Assembly (NCBI RefSeq): GCF_000143415.4
Contig: NW_003314531.1
Location: forward strand, 3,008-14,931
Source of the DNA: Selaginella moellendorffii
Lineage: Eukaryota; Plantae; Lycopodiophyta
Direction of reading: 5' to 3'
DNA: 11,924 nt
Shown here: positions 10,901 to 11,924 of the stretch, one piece after another
How the letters are laid out: every line of letters starts with the position of its first letter
How positions within the stretch are numbered: position 1 is the first letter of the stretch
Notes under the pieces: generated by a model
Database searches by the model: none
Told to the model about the DNA's origin: nothing
The model's input: the letters and a program-made list of their open reading frames with translations, nothing else
Program-made: the position numbers and the translations under genes

Positions 10901-11922
10901 TCAGAAGCCTCAGGCACGGCCTCTGTCTCGGGAACGGCCTCAAGCACAGGCTGTGGCTCCTGGACTTCTTCGTTCCCTGACGGTGGGAGTTCTTCTACTG
11001 GGACAGCAAGCTCGACCTCGCGTTCGGAAACTTCATGCTGCACCTCGACTTTGCTTTGCTCCTCTTCCACGTTGTCGTGAATGTCCTCACTGGCAGGAGA
11101 TGCTCGCTGTGTGTCGTCCACTGTGGCATCTGTCGCATGCATGGAATCCGGTGCACCACTCTCGATCTCTGGCACCGCCAACTTTTCTCCCTCCTGCAGG
11201 ATCGCGACTGAAGCACTCTCCCTGGGCTCGACATTCTCCACCTGGTCATCCACAGCCACCTTGGCCGGCTCTATGCTCTCTTCCTCCTTGATTTCCTCGT
11301 GTGCGGGTAAGACGTCATCCACTTTCGCAGTTGGTACTTGAGCTACAACTGGCTCGGCTGGTTGCACCTCTTTGGCATCCTCTTCAGAAGCCTCAGGCAC
11401 GGCCTCTGTCTCGGGAACGGCCTCAAGCACAGGCTGTGGCTCCTGGACTTCTTCGTTCCCTGACGGTGGGAGTTCTTCTACTGGGACAGCAAGCTCGACC
11501 TCGCGTTCGGAAACTTCATGCTGCACCTCGACTTTGCTTTGCTCCTCTTCCACGTTGTCGTGAATGTCCTCACTGGCAGGAGGTGCTCGCTGTGTGTCGT
11601 CCACTGTGGCATCTGTCGCATGCATGGAATCCGGTGCACCACTCTCGATCTCTGGCACTGCCAACTTTTCTCCCTCCTGCAGGATCGCGACTGAAGCACT
11701 CTCCCTGGGCTCGACATTCTCCACCTGGTCATCCACAGCCACCTTGGCCGGCTCTATGCTCTCTTCCTCCTTGATTTCCTCGTGTGCGGGTAAGACGTCA
11801 TCCACTTTCGCAGTTGGTACTTGAGCTACAACTGGCTCGGCTGGTTGCACCTCTTTGGCATCCTCTTCAGCAGCGTCAGGCACGGCCTCTGTCTCGGGAA
11901 CGGCCTCAAGCACATGCTGTGG
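2..11922 (-). CDS. Internal part of a giant acidic (Glu/Val/Ala/Pro-rich) protein made of 161-aa tandem repeats; partial at both ends, with one frameshift at ~4902
   Basis: The minus-strand frame is open from the right edge (CCA CAG CAT GTG = P-Q-H-V at 11922-11911) to ~4903. After a 1-bp deletion, the same repeat protein continues in the adjacent frame from ~4901 to position 2 (...APDSIHVTDATVDDT). I found no stop at the variant positions I read, including the whole most-diverged unit. The unit length is a multiple of 3, and the listed ORFs in other frames are all shorter than one unit. Confidence 0.88.
2649..3131 (-). repeat. Most diverged repeat unit, full length and in frame
   Basis: Manual translation: QVPTATVDDILPTHEEIKEEESIEPAKVALDDKVEKVEPRESASVAILDEGEKLAVPEIDSAAPDSMHATDATLEDTQRASSASEDIHENVEEEQTNVTVIHEVSQREVEIAIPVEGRPQLVNEAVQEPQPVPEAVPEHEDVPEAAEEAAMEVEPAEPVVA. 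By my count ~34 of 161 aa differ from consensus. Confidence 0.9.
4717..11913 (-). CDS. Upstream segment of the repeat-protein gene as literally assembled (2398-aa ORF): ~14.5 repeats followed by a 61-aa out-of-frame tail
   Basis: From the ORF track. The 'M' at 11913 is an internal GTG (Val) of the repeat, not a true start. After ...ILQEGEK the sequence switches to WRCQRSRV...LLSQ, the shadow frame seen in the other units, and ends at TAG (plus-strand cta, 4717-4719). Confidence 0.6.
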   Translation of the reverse strand: MLEAVPETEAVPDAAEEDAKEVQPAEPVVAQVPTAKVDDVLPAHEEIKEEESIEPAKVAVDDQVENVEPRESASVAILQEGEKLAVPEIESGAPDSMHATDATVDDTQRAPPASEDIHDNVEEEQSKVEVQHEVSEREVELAVPVEELPPSGNEEVQEPQPVLEAVPETEAVPEASEEDAKEVQPAEPVVAQVPTAKVDDVLPAHEEIKEEESIEPAKVAVDDQVENVEPRESASVAILQEGEKLAVPEIESGAPDSMHATDATVDDTQRASPASEDIHDNVEEEQSKVEVQHEVSEREVELAVPVEELPPSGNEEVQEPQPVLEAVPETEAVPEASEEDAKEVQPAEPVVAQVPTAKVDDVLPAHEEIKEEESIEPAKVAVDDQVENVEPRESALVAILQEGEKLAVPEIESAALDSMHATDATVDDTQRASPASEDIHDNVEEEQSKVEVQHEVSEREVELAVPVEELPQSGNEEVQDPQPVLEAVPELEAVPEAAEEAVKEGEPAEPVVAQVPTTTVDDVLPTHEEIKEEESIEPAKVAVDDHVENVEPRESASVAILQEGEKLAVPEIESGAPDSIHVTDATVDDTQRASPASEDIHDNVEEEQSKVEVQHEVSEREVELAVPVEELPQSGNEEVQDPQPVLEAVPELEAVPEAAEEAVKEVEPAEPVVAQVPTTTVDDVLPTHEEIKEEESIEPAKVAVDDQVENVEPRESASVAILQEGEKLAVPEIESGAPDSMHATDATVDDTQRAPPASEDIHENVEEEQSKVEVQHEVSEREVELAVPVEELPPSGNEEVQEPQPVLEAVPETEAVPEASEEDAKEVQPAEPVVAQVPTAKVDDVLPAHEEIKEEESIEQAKVAVDDQVENFKPRESASVAILQEGEKLAVPEIESGAPDSIHVTDATVDDTQRASPASEDIHDNVEEEQTKVEVQHEVSECEVELAVPVEELPQSGNEEVQEPQPVLEAVPETEAVPEASEEDAKEVQPAEPVVAQVPTAKVDDVLPAHEEIKEEESIEPAKVAVDDQVENVEPRESASVAILQEGEKLAVPEIESGAPDSMHATDATVDDTQRAPPASEDIHDNVEEEQSKVEVQHEVSEREVELAVPVEELPPSGNEEVQEPQPVLEAVPETEAVPEASEEDAKEVQPAEPVVAQVPTAKVDDVLPAHEEIKEEESIEPAKVAVDDQVENVEPRESASVAILQEGEKLAVPEIESGALDSMHATDATVDDTQRAPPASEDIHDNVEEEQSKVEVQHEVSEREVELAVPVEELPQSGNEEVQEPQPVLEAVPETEAVPEASEEDAKEVQPAEPVVAQVPTAKVDDVLPAHEEIKEEESIEQAKVAVDDQVENFKPRESASVAILQEGEKLAVPEIESAAPDSIHVTDATVDDTQRASPASEDIHDNVEEEQTKVEVQHEVSERKVELAVPVEELPQSGNEEVQQPQPVLEAVPETEAVPEASEEAAKEVQPAEPVVAQVPTAKVDDVLPAHEEIKEEESIEPAKVAVDDQVENVEPRESASVAILQEGEKLAVPEIESGAPDSMHATDATVDDTQRAPPASEDIHENVEEEQSKVEVQHEVSEREVELAVPVEELPPSGNEEVQEPQPVLEAVPETEAVPEASEEDAKEVQPAEPVVAQVPTAKVDDVLPAHEEIKEEESIEPAKVAVDDQVENVEPRESASVAILQEGEKLAVPEIESGAPDSMHATDATVDDTQRAPPASEDIHDNVEEEQSKVEVQHEVSEREVELAVPVEQLPPSGNEEVQQPQPVLEAVPETEAVPEASEEAAKEVQPAEPVVAQVPTAKVDDVLPAHEEIKEEESIEPAKVAVDDQVENVEPRESASVAILQEGEKLAVPEIESGAPDSIHVTDATVDDTQRAPPASEDIHENVEEEQSKVEVQHEVSEREVELAVPVEELPPSGNEEVQEPQPVLEAVPETEAVPEASEEDAKEVQPAEPVVAQVPTAKVDDVLPAHEEIKEEESIEPAKVAVDDQVENVEPRESASVAILQEGEKLAVPEIESGAPDSMHATDATVDDTQRAPPASEDIHDNVEEEQTKVEVQHEVSEREVELAVPVEELPPSGNEEVQEPQPVLEAVPETEAVPEASEEDAKEVQPAEPVVAQVPTAKVDDVLPAHEEIKEEESIEPAKVAVDDQVENVEPRESASVAILQEGEKLAVPEIESGALDSMHATDATVDDTQRAPPASEDIHDNVEEEQSKVEVQHEVSEREVELAVPVEELPQSGNEEVQEPQPVLEAVPETEAVPEASEEDAKEVQPAEPVVAQVPTAKVDDVLPAHEEIKEEESIEQAKVAVDDQVENFKPRESASVAILQEGEKWRCQRSRVLHWDPCMRQMPQWTTHSEHLLPVRTFTRTWKRSKAKSRCSMKFPNARSSLLSQ
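4865..4903. other. Frameshift site: 1-bp deletion plus nearby private changes
   Basis: Here the sequence reads ggatcccagtgcaaca...caccgccacttttct, versus ggaatccagtgcacca...caccgccaacttttct in sister units such as 4382-4427 and 5346-5392. The net change is -1 bp, matching the single 482-bp interval. Confidence 0.93.
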
Positions 11923-11924
11923 CT

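Larger units (their letters stand above)
1..11924. repeat. 483-bp coding tandem repeat array, about 24.7 copies, extending beyond both window edges
   Basis: The landmark 'ggtacttga' ends at 233, 716, 1199, 1682, 2165, 2648, 3131, 3614, 4097, 4580, 5062, 5545, 6028, 6511, 6994, 7477, 7960, 8443, 8926, 9409, 9892, 10375, 10858, 11341 and 11824. Every interval is 483 bp (161 codons) except 4580-5062, which is 482. There is no spacer between units. Confidence 0.99.

Noticed and set aside
370-11732. Repeated 84-aa minus-strand ORF (MTRWRMSSPGR...)
   Set aside because: It is an alternative frame of the main repeat, absent from the track in several units, and has no independent support.
3-11824. 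Dozens of 63-157 aa plus-strand ORFs (MSSLAGGARC..., MRVRRHPLS..., MSYNWLGWL..., MASSSEASG...)
   Set aside because: These are antisense shadows of the Glu-rich repeat, recurring every 483 bp. Several start at alternative (non-ATG) codons, and they are gained, lost or shortened by single SNPs between units. The Leu/Phe-rich 118-aa one is simply the complement of Glu codons.
11911-11913. Start codon of the 2398-aa ORF
   Set aside because: It is the GTG Val of the repeat motif VLEAVP, and the frame stays open to the window edge.
1-11924. CRISPR array, transposon/LTR array or non-coding satellite
   Set aside because: There are no unique spacers, terminal repeats or transposase/RT motifs. The unit length is a multiple of 3 and one frame stays open across diverged units, which favours a coding repeat.
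1-11924. Assignment as titin, Leashin, Pf332, articulin/alveolin or another named gene
   Set aside because: The resemblance is compositional only. No Ig/Fn3 or other diagnostic domain or recognisable sequence is present in the window.
1-11924. Pyrimidine-rich plus strand (ctcttcctcctt tracts) and short palindromes such as catgcatg
   Set aside because: These are explained by Glu/Lys codons and the Met-His-Ala codons on the coding strand. There is no evidence of a separate regulatory role.

Overview
The whole 11,924-bp window is one head-to-tail tandem array of a 483-bp unit (about 24.7 copies, running off both edges). On the minus strand each unit encodes a 161-aa acidic, Glu/Val/Ala/Pro-rich repeat (consensus QVPTAKVDDVLPAHEEIKEEESIEPAKVAVDDQVENVEPRESASVAILQEGEKLAVPEIESGAPDSMHATDATVDDTQRAPPASEDIHDNVEEEQSKVEVQHEVSEREVELAVPVEELPPSGNEEVQEPQPVLEAVPETEAVPEASEEDAKEVQPAEPVVA). 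The window is therefore the interior of one giant repeat-protein gene of at least ~3,970 codons, with neither start nor stop visible. The frame is broken once, by a 1-bp deletion at ~4902. That deletion sits in a small cluster of private changes and at a switch in repeat haplotype, so it is most likely a sequencing or assembly error, though it could be a real truncating mutation. The units are mosaics of shared variants. There is a recurring two-unit higher-order block, a tandemly duplicated variant at ~9850-10650, and a diverged cluster at ~1020-3140 that includes one outlier unit. The many short ORFs in other frames are shadows of the repeat. I cannot name the gene or the organism; a eukaryotic source is an inference only.
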